64,000 nucleotides of DNA from an uncultured delta proteobacterium (GCA_963716725.1 CAVQUB010000034.1:96001-160000), one strand, 5' to 3'; positions 1 to 10,135 are shown, counted from the first letter of the stretch. The notes: generated by a model from the letters alone, not told the origin. A program made the numbers and translations.

Positions 1-3
1 CCG

Positions 4-1527
4 ATGCCGCCATCGCCGCCGGTGAAGCTCTCGGATGCGGACTTCGAGGCGACGAAGATGGTCTACTTCGATCGCTGCGCGGGTTGCCACGGCACGCTGC
101 GCGCTGGCGCCACCGGGCCGGACATTGCCCAGGCCGCCGCGACGAAGGTCGGCACCGACGGGCTGGCGGCAATTGTGCGCAACGGAACCCCTTGGGGCAT
201 GCCCGCCCTGGGAAAAGACGGCGTGCTCACCGAAACGGAAGGAGCGCGGATGGCCGCGTTTCTTCAGCTGCAGCCGCCTCCTGGGCCAGAGCTAGATCTG
301 GCCACGGCGAAGACCACATGGGAGCTGCTGGTGCCCGCTGCATCGCGCCCGACCGCACCCGAGCACGGCCTAGACTGGCAAGACTTCTTTGGTGTCATCC
401 TGAGAGACATAGGCAAAGTCGCCATCTTCGATGGCAAGACCCGCGACGAGATCGCGCGGATCGATACGGGCTACGCGGTGCACATCCTGCGAGCCTCCTC
501 CACGGGTCGCTACTTCTACGCGGTGGGCCGCGACGGCTGGGTCACGCTGATCGATCTGTGGGCGAGTGTGCCAAAGGCCGTGGCGCGCGCGCGCGGCTGC
601 TTCGACGCTCGCAGCGTGGAAAACAGCAAGTTCCCCGGCTACGAGGACAAGTTCGCAATACAGGGCTGCTATTGGCCGCCGCAGTACGTGGTGTTCGACG
701 GTCTGACGCTCGAGCCACTGGCCGTGGAAGGCGTGCTCGGCAAGTCGATTGACGGCGACGACCTCGACGAAGTGCGCGTTGCATCGATTGTGGCGGTGCC
801 CGGCGCAACTGAGTGGGCGTTGGCTTTGAAGGAATCGGGCCACGTCGGAATCGTGGACTACGCAAAGCCTGGCTTCCCCATGGTGTCGCGCATCGCTGCC
901 GAGCGATTCCTGCACGATGGCGGGCTCGACGCCACGGGCCGCTACTTCTTGGTGGCGGCGAACGCTACCAACCGCATGGTGGCGATCGACTTGAAAGAGC
1001 ACAAGTTGGCGGCCTCTTTCGAGACCGGCGTGTTGCCCCACCCTGGCCGCGGTGCGAACTGGATCGATCCAACCTTCGGCCGTGTTGGCGCCACCACGCA
1101 CATGGGTGAGAACACCCTGGCCATCTTCGGCGCGGACCCCGAGGGTCAGCCCCAGAACGCCTGGAAGGTGGTTCGCGAAGTCACGTTGCCCGCGGCCGGC
1201 AGCTTGTTCCTGAAGACGCATCCCGCGTCGCCATGGGTGGTTGCCGACATGACTTTGGCCACGGACACCAAGGCCATGCGTCAGCTCTGCGCGTACGGGA
1301 AGCAGGCTGGCAAGATCGACCACTGTTTCGAAGTCACCACGCACGGCAAGGTGGTGCACCCAGAGTTCAACCGCGCGGGCGACGAGATCTGGGTATCGGT
1401 CTGGGACACCGACGGTGAGCTGGTCATCTACGACTCGACCTCCCTAGCGGAGAAGGCCCGCATCACGGGGCTCAAGACGCCGACCGGGAAGTTCAACGTC
1501 TACAACACGGCGCACGACGTGTACTGA
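4..1527 (+). CDS. nirS: Cytochrome cd1 nitrite reductase (5' end probably upstream of window)
   Basis: CAGCH haem c motif, GTLRAGATG, d1 domain motifs (GYAVHI, FLHDGG, HPGRGAN), C-terminal TPTGKFNVYNT; no signal peptide and frame open to position 1. Confidence 0.92.
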   Translation: MPPSPPVKLSDADFEATKMVYFDRCAGCHGTLRAGATGPDIAQAAATKVGTDGLAAIVRNGTPWGMPALGKDGVLTETEGARMAAFLQLQPPPGPELDLATAKTTWELLVPAASRPTAPEHGLDWQDFFGVILRDIGKVAIFDGKTRDEIARIDTGYAVHILRASSTGRYFYAVGRDGWVTLIDLWASVPKAVARARGCFDARSVENSKFPGYEDKFAIQGCYWPPQYVVFDGLTLEPLAVEGVLGKSIDGDDLDEVRVASIVAVPGATEWALALKESGHVGIVDYAKPGFPMVSRIAAERFLHDGGLDATGRYFLVAANATNRMVAIDLKEHKLAASFETGVLPHPGRGANWIDPTFGRVGATTHMGENTLAIFGADPEGQPQNAWKVVREVTLPAAGSLFLKTHPASPWVVADMTLATDTKAMRQLCAYGKQAGKIDHCFEVTTHGKVVHPEFNRAGDEIWVSVWDTDGELVIYDSTSLAEKARITGLKTPTGKFNVYNTAHDVY

Positions 1528-1555
1528 GGCGGCACCGGCTCACGGTCGTGCTCGC

Positions 1556-3385
1556 TCAGAGCCCCGAGATCAGATCGCCGGCACGCACGAAGAGCTTCCC
1601 GCTGGTCGCAGGCACGTTCACGATCAAGGTGCCGTCACCGGCGACGCTCACGCTCTCGTTCGGATCGAGCACGTTGACCAGGCTCGTGCCGCCGGGCGTG
1701 CCGACCGCCATGCCGGCGCCGCCGAACTGGGTCGCGCTCTCTTGGGCCGAGTTGGTATTGAACACCATCAGCGCGTACGCGTCCCCGGCGTCGCCGCCCG
1801 CGCGCTCGTAGGCGAAGATGCCCGCGTCGCTCTCGTTGCCGGTGCGATCACTGGCCCAGGTGACCTTCAAATCGCCGTGGGTCAGCGCCTTGTACGAGCG
1901 GCGGATGCGCGCGAGGCGCCGCACCCACTGGTAATCCGGGCTCGCTTGGTTGTAGCCGCTCCACCAGAGATCCTCGCGGTTTGCTGGATCGTTGCCGCCG
2001 GCAAAGCCCTGCTCGGTGCCGTAATAGACACAGGGGATGCCGTCTTCGGTAAACAGGAACAAGAGCGCGTTGTTCAGCGCCGCCTTGTCGTTCTTGAAGA
2101 ACAAGAAGCGCCCGACGTCGTGGTTGTCGAGGAAGTTCACCAAGGCCTTGTTCGGCGGCACGCCGATGCCGTCGGGTTGCGGCACGGTGCCGTAGTTGCC
2201 GTTCGCACCCAGGCGCTGGTTCCAGAGGTCTTCGATCTTCTTGGTGGCCGCGCCCTGTTGGAAGACGTCGCGGATCGCCGTGTAGTACTGCGGGAAGTAG
2301 AAGACGCTGTCGACTTGATCGTCGAAGGTGAACGAACCGACCAACTTGTCGTCGCCGTCGAAGGACTCGCCGAACATGAAGAAGTTGTGCTTGCCCTTGG
2401 CGGCCAGGCGCTGCCGCACCGCGGGAGCAAACTCCCTCCAGAACTCGTGCTCGACGTGCTTCAAGGTGTCGATGCGGAAGCCGTCGAGATCCGTCAGCTC
2501 GACCCAGCGCACGAACACGTCGATCAGCGCCTGACGGACCTCGGGATCGCGGGTGTTCAGATCCTTGAGGCCGCCCGGGAAATCGCCCAGCTCGACCTGT
2601 TCCTGGATGTTCCAGTCCCAGACCCGCCCGCGGCGGTTGTAGGCCCGCGGGTTCTGGAAGATCGCGGGCTCCGGCGGCATGTGGTTGGTCGCCGGGTCAT
2701 AGGCAAAGACCACCGGCGCCGGCCCGGCCTCACCCAGGCTGGTCCAGGCCTGCACGCCGCGCGGATCGTAGTCCGGATCGTATTCGTTGATGTGGCTCAC
2801 GGGGCTGGTCGGCGTGCCGTCGGGCTTCACGGGAGCGATCAGCGGCCCCGTACCGCCCACACGCTCATCGGGCTGCCCGTTCAGGTTGATGTCGTAATAG
2901 AAGACCTGGCCCACGTGATTCACGACAATGTCGAGGATCACCTTGATGCCGCGATCGTGCGCCTTGTCGATCATCCGGCGCAGGCTGAGCAGATCGCCGA
3001 AGTGGGGGTTGAGGCGCGTGAAGTCCTGGGTCCAGTAGCCGTGGTAGCCGTCGACGCCTGCGTCGGTCTCGACGTTCTTCACGATGGGCGAGATCCAGAG
3101 CGCCGTGACGCCGAGGTCGTCCAGGTAGTCGAGCTTCTCCTCGACGCCTCGCCAGTCGCCGCCGTGATAACGAGCGGGCGCGTTCTCGACCACTCGATAG
3201 TCGTTGGCGTAGTCGCCGTTCGCGAAGCGATCGGTCATCAACTGGTAGACCACCTCGTTGCGCCAATCTTGCACGTGGGTCTTCATCGGACGCTCGCCGT
3301 CGAGCCCCTCGAAGTCCATGCAGCCCGCGCTCCCGAGGGCCGATAGCAGCACGATCAGCGACGTCTTGCTTGTCTTCATGGTCAT
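1556..3385 (-). CDS. GH13 alpha-amylase family lipoprotein
   Basis: VYQLMTDRF, YHGYW, DGFRIDTLKH, FLDNHD, YYGTEQ; lipobox GSAGC; ATG overlaps porin stop. The ORF-track start at 4534 is over-extended. Confidence 0.9.
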   Translation of the reverse strand: MTMKTSKTSLIVLLSALGSAGCMDFEGLDGERPMKTHVQDWRNEVVYQLMTDRFANGDYANDYRVVENAPARYHGGDWRGVEEKLDYLDDLGVTALWISPIVKNVETDAGVDGYHGYWTQDFTRLNPHFGDLLSLRRMIDKAHDRGIKVILDIVVNHVGQVFYYDINLNGQPDERVGGTGPLIAPVKPDGTPTSPVSHINEYDPDYDPRGVQAWTSLGEAGPAPVVFAYDPATNHMPPEPAIFQNPRAYNRRGRVWDWNIQEQVELGDFPGGLKDLNTRDPEVRQALIDVFVRWVELTDLDGFRIDTLKHVEHEFWREFAPAVRQRLAAKGKHNFFMFGESFDGDDKLVGSFTFDDQVDSVFYFPQYYTAIRDVFQQGAATKKIEDLWNQRLGANGNYGTVPQPDGIGVPPNKALVNFLDNHDVGRFLFFKNDKAALNNALLFLFTEDGIPCVYYGTEQGFAGGNDPANREDLWWSGYNQASPDYQWVRRLARIRRSYKALTHGDLKVTWASDRTGNESDAGIFAYERAGGDAGDAYALMVFNTNSAQESATQFGGAGMAVGTPGGTSLVNVLDPNESVSVAGDGTLIVNVPATSGKLFVRAGDLISGL

Positions 3386-4932
3386 TGCCCGTAGCTCGAG
3401 GAGTTGAACCACCACTCGGCGCCGATGCCGTAGAACTGCTCGACTTTGCGCCGCGCGAACACGTCGTCGTAGGCGTAGAGCGAGCGCGCGTCCTCGTTGC
3501 GCTGTGTGAAGGCCATGATCAGGCGCAGCACCGGCCGCTTGAACACGCCCGGGCCCGAGGGCGAGAGGTAGGGCATGAGCCCGAAGCGCCAGAGCCGGGC
3601 GTGCACCGGCTGGTTGGTCGCGATGTTCAGGATGCCGCGCTGCTGTGCTTGATACGAGCCCTCGACGGCGACGCCGGCGTGATCGCCCAAGAACAGATGC
3701 GGCCTCACGACGAAGATGCCTTCGTCGACGTTGTTGTAGTTGAAGGGCTCGGGCGTCGGCTCGCGGAACGATCGGAAGTAGCCGCCGACCACCACGGCGA
3801 AGGGATGCAGCTCCCAGTTGCCGGAGAGGCCGATCAGCGTCTCGGTCGCGCCCTCGACGGTGCGCTCGGGGCTGGTGCCCTCGGGCGTCGCGAGCTCGCC
3901 GTAGGCCGCCAAGCCGCGACCATGACGGAAGAAGAGATTCACGAAGGTGTCGTGCTCCCCCGTGAACAGCCCGACCTGGCCACCCACCAACATGCCGCTG
4001 TCGCCGGGCACCTCTTTGAAGCGGCCGGGATCGGTCTCGCGCTCGCCGCTCGGCAAGCGATGCACCTCGCCGTAGGCCACGGCCTTGATGCCGCCCTTGT
4101 CGCCGAACATGGGCACGATGTGCGAGAGCTTGAGGCTGCTGATCAGCCGCGGGCGATCGAGGATCTCGACGTCGGTGGTGCCCGGTTGGTTCTGCGGGGC
4201 CGAACGCGGCCGCACTTGGTACTGGAAAGGATGGTCGGCGCGGTTCAAGCCCATGTGCCACGCGGCGAAGCTCTTGCCGTCGCGGGTGTCGAAGCGGACG
4301 CCACCGCCCACGGTGTTCAAGTTGTCCAGCGGCCAGAAGTCGAGCAGGTAGATGTCGTCGCCGCGGTACATGCGGGATCCCGCCCACGCGCTCAGGCCCT
4401 TGTCCCCGATGCCACGCTCTTCGAGGTACAGGTTGCGAACCGCGATCTTCGCGTCGAACTTGCCGTCGTAGTGGAAGAGCGGTCCGCCGATGGCGAGAGT
4501 GGTCACGATGCGCGACGAGAGATCCTTCTTCCACTCGTCGTCGCGCCGCAGCTCGAGCTCGGCGTAGGGCCCTTCGTCGATGCGAGTGCCGTAAGCCACG
4601 ACGTCGGCGTCACGCCCTTCGCCCCCGCGGCCATCGCTCGCGACCACCACGCGGCCGTAGGATCCGAACGAAAACGACGAGCGCGGATAGTCGAGCTGCG
4701 GCTTCGGTGGGGGGACCCGGATCGGGCCCATGAACACCGGCATCTGGCCCCGGGTCACGGGCGGGCTGGCCGGCGCGGCTTCGGCCCGGGCCGGCGGAGC
4801 TGGCTTCGGGTCGGCCTCCTCGGCCAGATCGACGGCCGCTGGCTCCGGCGTCGGCGCGGGCTCGTCCTGGGCCAGAGCCGAGCGCGCGAGCGCGAGGGTA
4901 ACGAGCCCCGTGATCCAGACCCCACGCTTCAT
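3382..4932 (-). CDS. Carbohydrate porin (LamB/maltoporin-like)
   Basis: Signal peptide, FGSYGR, YAELEL, WAGSRMYRGDDIYLLDFWPLD, C-terminal GIGAEWWF; coupled to GH13. Confidence 0.75.
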   Translation of the reverse strand: MKRGVWITGLVTLALARSALAQDEPAPTPEPAAVDLAEEADPKPAPPARAEAAPASPPVTRGQMPVFMGPIRVPPPKPQLDYPRSSFSFGSYGRVVVASDGRGGEGRDADVVAYGTRIDEGPYAELELRRDDEWKKDLSSRIVTTLAIGGPLFHYDGKFDAKIAVRNLYLEERGIGDKGLSAWAGSRMYRGDDIYLLDFWPLDNLNTVGGGVRFDTRDGKSFAAWHMGLNRADHPFQYQVRPRSAPQNQPGTTDVEILDRPRLISSLKLSHIVPMFGDKGGIKAVAYGEVHRLPSGERETDPGRFKEVPGDSGMLVGGQVGLFTGEHDTFVNLFFRHGRGLAAYGELATPEGTSPERTVEGATETLIGLSGNWELHPFAVVVGGYFRSFREPTPEPFNYNNVDEGIFVVRPHLFLGDHAGVAVEGSYQAQQRGILNIATNQPVHARLWRFGLMPYLSPSGPGVFKRPVLRLIMAFTQRNEDARSLYAYDDVFARRKVEQFYGIGAEWWFNSSSYGQ

Positions 4933-5093
4933 GCTGGCGGCGGATAACACATCTGGAGCGGGGAGGGACGCGTTCTGCCCTGGGTCGGGTCTCGTCGACG
5001 CGGTTTCCCGGGGCGATTCTTCGCGCCCGAGGTCGGGCTGGTTTTCAGTCGATCCGCGGTTCAAAGTCCGAGGCTAGGAGCGAAGAGGCACGC

Positions 5094-6056
5094 ATGAGGC
5101 TGGTGAGTCTGCTGTTGGTCGCGGGCACGGTGGGCTGCGGCGGACGAACCTCCGCAGATCGCCCTCCTCCGACGCAGCCGCAAACCGGGTGCCCGCCGAG
5201 CCACGAGCTCCGGGACGGCCGCTGCACGGTGCGCGAGGTGTACGTCCCGGGCGGAAGCTTCACTATGGGGCGGGGCTTCTGTCCTGAATCCGAGACCGAG
5301 CAATCACCAGCGGAGTTCGAGTGCCTGCTGGCCGACGCGCCGCACCTGGTCGAGGTCGCTCCGTTCTGGGTGGATGCGACGTTGCACACCGCCGCCGCCC
5401 TCGAAGCAGGGATCACCGCACCGCCGCTCCTCGACGACGCGAACTGTCCGAGTCGAGAGCTCGAATGCGCGGCGCCGCTGACCTACGCACCGTTTAGCGT
5501 TCCGCTTGGCGGCCTGCCGTATGTGACTCCTCATGAACTCGGCACCGATGGGCTGTGCGGTCTGGTTGGCAAGCGTGCAATCCGTGAGGCGGAGTGGGAA
5601 TGGCTGGCCACGTGGGGCGGGACGCGGACGTACCCGTGGGGCGAGGCTGAGCCGAGCTGCGAGCACGGGTACGTCGACTCGTCGCAGTGCACACCCAATA
5701 ACCCGCCCGAGTGGGACCCCGACGAGGACACGGTCTCGCGCGTTGCGTCGTATCGTCCGACGCCCGAGGGCATCTACGACCTCACCGGCAGCCTCGGAGA
5801 ATGGGTGCTTCCGTCTCCCAACGAAGCGTATACGGACGGCTACCCCGCGCCGATCGCCGAGCTGCCCCAGGTTTGTGCGAGTTCAACCTGGTCCGGGCAC
5901 TGCTCGGGGGTCGGCAAGGATGAGCTGTTCGGACATCGCGGCGGCGCCGCTGATCACCCGACCCACCACTTCAACGGCGCCTATCGGGGCACGAGCCGCA
6001 AATCGAATGGACGCTGGAAGCGAGCCGCTTTCCGCTGCGTGAGAGGTGCGGAGTAG
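5094..6056 (+). CDS. FGE-sulfatase (SUMF1-like) domain lipoprotein
   Basis: VPGGSFTMG, EAEWE, YPWG, GIYDLTGSLGEW, FRCVR; lipobox VGC. Confidence 0.8.
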   Translation: MRLVSLLLVAGTVGCGGRTSADRPPPTQPQTGCPPSHELRDGRCTVREVYVPGGSFTMGRGFCPESETEQSPAEFECLLADAPHLVEVAPFWVDATLHTAAALEAGITAPPLLDDANCPSRELECAAPLTYAPFSVPLGGLPYVTPHELGTDGLCGLVGKRAIREAEWEWLATWGGTRTYPWGEAEPSCEHGYVDSSQCTPNNPPEWDPDEDTVSRVASYRPTPEGIYDLTGSLGEWVLPSPNEAYTDGYPAPIAELPQVCASSTWSGHCSGVGKDELFGHRGGAADHPTHHFNGAYRGTSRKSNGRWKRAAFRCVRGAE

Positions 6057-6126
6057 CGAGGGACTCGACGCCCGGCGCGACGCAGCGTGAGGTGCACAAT
6101 GAGCCGCGCGGGTGTAGGCTTCGGGG

Positions 6127-6666
6127 GTGAGCGTCGCACGTGCACTGGTCACCGAGGCGGAGTTCCTCAGCCTCCCCGAATCGATGCAGCGCATGGAGCT
6201 GATTGACGGAGAGGTATACGTGCCGCCGAGCCCGACTTTCTTGCACCAAGAGACCCTGTCTCGAGTCGTGACCGCCTTGCGCACTTGGGCCGCCACGCAA
6301 CCCGAACCCGTGACCGTGTGTCAGGCGCCACTCGACGTTCGGTTCGCCCCAGGCCGCATCCTCCAGCCGGACGCCTTCGTGGTCTTCGCGCGCATCCCGG
6401 CTCAGCACGAGGGGCCCATCGAAGAGGTTCCCGCCTTGTGCATCGAGGTGCTCTCGACGAACCGAGCGCACGACCGCGTCACCAAGCGCTACATCTATGC
6501 TGAAGCGGGAGTGCAGGAACTCTGGACCGTCGAGCCGGCAGGCCTGGTCGAGCGTTGGAGCGGGGACGGGCTGAGCCAAAGCGAGACGATTCGAGAGGTG
6601 CTCCGATCCCCCTTGCTTCCGGGATTCGACCTCGCCGTCCCGACGCTCTGGCCGAGTGAGGACTGA
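6127..6666 (+). CDS. Uma2 family endonuclease
   Basis: ELIDG..PSP..HQ, QPD, IEVLS, K..Y..AGV.E.W, SPLLPGF. Confidence 0.9.
   Translation: MSVARALVTEAEFLSLPESMQRMELIDGEVYVPPSPTFLHQETLSRVVTALRTWAATQPEPVTVCQAPLDVRFAPGRILQPDAFVVFARIPAQHEGPIEEVPALCIEVLSTNRAHDRVTKRYIYAEAGVQELWTVEPAGLVERWSGDGLSQSETIREVLRSPLLPGFDLAVPTLWPSED
6614..6653 (+). repeat. 40 bp direct repeat copy 1 (Uma2 3' end)
   Basis: tgcttccgggattcgacctcgccgtcccgacgctctggcc, identical to 7489-7528. Confidence 0.95.
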
Positions 6667-6823
6667 ACGCAATCTCGACGCGCGGCCCGGTCGCGTTTCG
6701 GTCAGCACTTCCCGGTGACGGTGTCGGACACCGGCGAGGGTTCGCGGTCCCAATTGGCAGCGCCGGAGGGAGTGACCAGGCGCGCGGTGGAGCTCGACCC
6801 ATAAATATGGCAGAGTGCGTCGG

Positions 6824-7076
6824 GTGAAGACGACGCTCGAGCTTCGAGACGACCTGCTGCGACGTGCCAAGGCCCTGGCGCTCGCCCGAGGAATGACCTT
6901 GAAAGAGCTGTTCACGGAGGCGCTCGAGGAGCGAGTGGGCCGGGCCGCCAGCCAGGGAGGGCCCGCGTGGAAGGACCTCAGCGGGAACCTCGAGATCGCT
7001 TCGGACCGAAACCGCGAAGCTGCAGGCGCGCGTGGACGCCGAGTTCGAGCAAGTGGACGAGGACGACTCTCGATGA
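6824..7076 (+). pseudogene. vapB: VapB-type antitoxin with a +1 frameshift near 6990
   Basis: KTTLELRDDLLRRAK N-terminus; acidic C-terminus SLRTETAKLQARVDAEFEQVDEDDSR* is in the next frame and its TGA overlaps the vapC ATG. Confidence 0.7.
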
Positions 7077-7450
7077 TCCTCGACACGAACGCGGTGTCCG
7101 CGCTCGCAGATGGAGTCCCGGCGTTCGAAGCCGCCGCTGGCAACGTTCACCGCTTCAGTATCCCCGTCGTCGTGCTCGGGGAGTTCTCGTTTGGGGCGCG
7201 CCGATCGCGCCATCGAGTGAAGTACACGAAGTGGCTCGCCCAATTGGTCGAGGTGTCGAGCGTGCTCGACGTCGATCGTGAGACGGCGCTGCACTACGCC
7301 GCTGTTCGCGAAGCGCTTCGCCGTCGGGGTCGCCCGATCCCCTCCAACGATGCGTGGATTGCCGCGCTGGCGTTGCAGCACGAGCTTGCCGTGCTCAGTC
7401 GAGACGCTCACTTCGACGAAGTGGCCGGGGTGCGCCGGGTGGGGTGGTGA
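7073..7450 (+). CDS. vapC: VapC PIN-domain toxin
   Basis: MILDTNA, VLGEF, GRPIPSNDAWIAA, SRDAHF. Confidence 0.93.
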   Translation: MILDTNAVSALADGVPAFEAAAGNVHRFSIPVVVLGEFSFGARRSRHRVKYTKWLAQLVEVSSVLDVDRETALHYAAVREALRRRGRPIPSNDAWIAALALQHELAVLSRDAHFDEVAGVRRVGW

Positions 7451-7488
7451 GCGGCTGCTTCTGAGCCGGCGCTGCCCCCGTTCGACCC

Positions 7489-7528
7489 TGCTTCCGGGAT
7501 TCGACCTCGCCGTCCCGACGCTCTGGCC
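7489..7528 (+). repeat. 40 bp direct repeat copy 2 (orphan Uma2 3' end)
   Basis: Identical to 6614-6653. Confidence 0.95.
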
Positions 7529-7585
7529 CAGCGAAATCCGAAGCCTCTTGCGCTCGGCCCCGAGCCGGGTATGGATGGCGCCGCC

Positions 7586-7720
7586 ATGGAGCCCGGAATC
7601 GTCACCCTCGCGAAAATCGTCGGCCTGCTCGCCTGCGCCATCAGCATCATCCCGCTGGTGTTCGTGTTCTCGCCCGGCAAGCGCGACGAGCCGACGGACA
7701 ACCTCGCCGGCCTCGAGTGA
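7586..7720 (+). CDS. Small single-TM protein (44 aa)
   Basis: MEPGIVTLAKIVGLLACAISIIPLVFVFSPGKRDEPTDNLAGLE; host-like codons; below ORF-track cutoff. Confidence 0.55.
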   Translation: MEPGIVTLAKIVGLLACAISIIPLVFVFSPGKRDEPTDNLAGLE

Positions 7721-7787
7721 GGGCCTTCCGCGGCTAGCGTTCAGGCGACGCGGGCACCTCTCGGCGCCCTGCGCTAGGGTCGGCCTC

Positions 7788-10097
7788 GTGAGGCTCGCGT
7801 ACAGCACGGCTCTGTTGGCATTGGTCGCGTCGCTGTCGCCGCGTGCGTGGGCGCAGGCTCAGCCGCACCGCTCGGCCAACGAGCTCGTGTCGTCGAACGG
7901 CCGCGCGGTCGTCGGCTTCGACGTCGCGCAGCAGCGCATCACCGCCTTCCTCGAGCATCCGTACCGACAGCGCAGCAACGGAGCCGAGACCCGCGACCTG
8001 GCCTTCGACGTGTATCCGGGCGTGCGCGTCGGGTCCTCGGGCAAGTGGCTGGGCGAGGTCGCGCCCAGCAGCGTGGGCTACGAGACGGGCACCGGAATCA
8101 TTCGCGTGACGCGCAGCCACGCGGGACTCGAGATCGACGAGTACATCTTCTCGCCCATCGATCTGCCGGAGCACGCCTTCGTGCAACTCGTGCGCGTGAA
8201 GCGTCTGAGCGGCTCGGGAGCCGTGGATGTCTACGGTCTGTTCAACTTCCACCTCGGAGCGGGCTCACCCGTGCCGACGTCGGCGCAAGAGACCATCTCG
8301 TGGGACGCCGCGCGGGACGCGTTCATGGAGTGGGGGCCGAGCGGGCTGACGCTCGGTTACGGCGGCATCGGCGCGTCGGCGCACCACGCGGTGAGCCCAC
8401 AGAACCCCTACCCCGCGCTCACCGCGGGACAAAACCTCGCTGACAACGCCGGCACCGGCGGCGCCTTCGATGACGCGGTGGGCGGCCTGCAGTGGTCACT
8501 CGGTGACATCGCGGTGGGCGACACCAAGTGGAGCGGCAGCTACGTGGTGCTCGACGACAAGAGCAACGTCTTGCCGCGCATCGACGCGGTGAAGACCTGG
8601 ATCGGAACGAAGACCCCGGATCAGATCCTCGCGGCGGAGAAAGCCGCCTGGGCGGGCTGGCACACGCCGGTGCCGAGCGGCCTCGGCTCGACCGAAGATC
8701 CGCTCTACCGCCAGCAGATGGCCATCCTGCGCATGGGACAGGTGCGTGAGCCCGGCAAGGGCGACGGGCAGATCTTGGCCAGCCTGCCGCCCGGCATGTG
8801 GAACATCTCGTGGGTGCGCGACATGTCCTACGCGGTCGCCGCCTTGGCCAAGAGCGGACATTCGGCCGAGGCCAAGCGCGCCATCGAGTTCCAGCTGGGC
8901 GCCGACTCGGGCAAGTACCAGAGCTACGTCGGGCACCCGTATCAGATCTCGATCACGCGTTACTACGGCGACGGCGTCGAAGAGACCGACAGCAACGAGA
9001 ACGGTCCCAACATCGAGTTCGACGGCTTCGGCTTGTTCCTGTGGACGGTGGGCGAGTACGTCACGGCCAGCAAGGACGACGCGAGCCTGAAGGCATGGTG
9101 GCCGGTGATCAGCGACAAGATCGGCGACGTGCTGGTGAAGCTGCAGGAGCCGAACGGGCTCATCGCCGCTGACTCCTCCATCTGGGAAGTGCACTGGAAC
9201 GGCCAGCAAAAGCACTTCGCCTACACCACCCTGACCGCGGCCGCCGGCCTGTGCTGGGCCGCGAATCTCGCGGAAAAGGTGGGCGACACTGCCCGAGCGG
9301 CGAGCTACCGCGCGGCCGGCAAGAAGTCTCAGGCCGCCCTCATCTCGCACTTGTCGGCGCCCGACGGCACGCTGGCGCAGAGCAGCGAAGATCTCGCCGC
9401 GGGCACGGGCTTCCTCGACGCCGCGGCCATCGAGGCCGTGGGCCTCGGCCTGATCGATCCCAAGGGCAAGGCCGCCAAAGCCACTCTCTCTTCGATGCAG
9501 CAGAAGCTGGTTCCGCCGAGCTTGCGCGGCTTCATGCGCAACGACGACGGCGGTTGGTACGACAGCCAAGAGTGGGTCTTCGTGGATCTGCGCGCGGTGA
9601 ACGTGATGCAGCTCGGGGCGAACCCCGCCTCCAAGGATCTCTTGGGTTGGATCACCGCGCAGGGCACCGAGAACTTCGGGCTGATCTCCGAACTGCACGA
9701 GGCCACCACCGCCGACTACAAAGGCGAGATGCCGATGGTGGGCTTCGGCGCTGGCGCGTACTCGATCGCGCTGATGGATCGCGGCTCGACCTCACTCCCG
9801 CTGCCCTGCGGAGAGTACGCCGCCGAGGGCGGAGGCGGGTCGGGCACCGGCGGCGCCGCCGGAAGTGGCGGCGGCGCGGGCAACGCAGGCAGCGGTGGCA
9901 CCAGCAGTGGCGGCGCGAGCAGCGGCGGCACGAGCAGCGGTGGCTCGGGGGCCGGCGGCTCGAAGTCGAGCGGTGGCGACGACGACGGCGGCTGCGGCTG
10001 CCGCGCGCCCGGACGGTCGAGCGCGTCGGCGCTGGGCGCGTTGTTGCTCGCTTTGGCCGCAGCCGGGCTCCGACGTGCGCGTCGTCGCGCGCCCTGA
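7788..10097 (+). CDS. GH15 glucoamylase-like protein with MYXO-CTERM
   Basis: SWVRD, SIWEVHW, LISEL; Gly/Ser linker then GGCGCR-TM-RRARRR. Confidence 0.82.
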   Translation: MRLAYSTALLALVASLSPRAWAQAQPHRSANELVSSNGRAVVGFDVAQQRITAFLEHPYRQRSNGAETRDLAFDVYPGVRVGSSGKWLGEVAPSSVGYETGTGIIRVTRSHAGLEIDEYIFSPIDLPEHAFVQLVRVKRLSGSGAVDVYGLFNFHLGAGSPVPTSAQETISWDAARDAFMEWGPSGLTLGYGGIGASAHHAVSPQNPYPALTAGQNLADNAGTGGAFDDAVGGLQWSLGDIAVGDTKWSGSYVVLDDKSNVLPRIDAVKTWIGTKTPDQILAAEKAAWAGWHTPVPSGLGSTEDPLYRQQMAILRMGQVREPGKGDGQILASLPPGMWNISWVRDMSYAVAALAKSGHSAEAKRAIEFQLGADSGKYQSYVGHPYQISITRYYGDGVEETDSNENGPNIEFDGFGLFLWTVGEYVTASKDDASLKAWWPVISDKIGDVLVKLQEPNGLIAADSSIWEVHWNGQQKHFAYTTLTAAAGLCWAANLAEKVGDTARAASYRAAGKKSQAALISHLSAPDGTLAQSSEDLAAGTGFLDAAAIEAVGLGLIDPKGKAAKATLSSMQQKLVPPSLRGFMRNDDGGWYDSQEWVFVDLRAVNVMQLGANPASKDLLGWITAQGTENFGLISELHEATTADYKGEMPMVGFGAGAYSIALMDRGSTSLPLPCGEYAAEGGGGSGTGGAAGSGGGAGNAGSGGTSSGGASSGGTSSGGSGAGGSKSSGGDDDGGCGCRAPGRSSASALGALLLALAAAGLRRARRRAP

Positions 10098-10135
10098 CCT
10101 CGAGCCGCGATTCGAGCTACCCTCGTCGCCGAGTC

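Noticed and set aside
3386..4534. N-terminal extension of the 992 aa ORF
   Set aside because: Off-frame read-through of the porin gene; real start at 3385 has a lipoprotein signal
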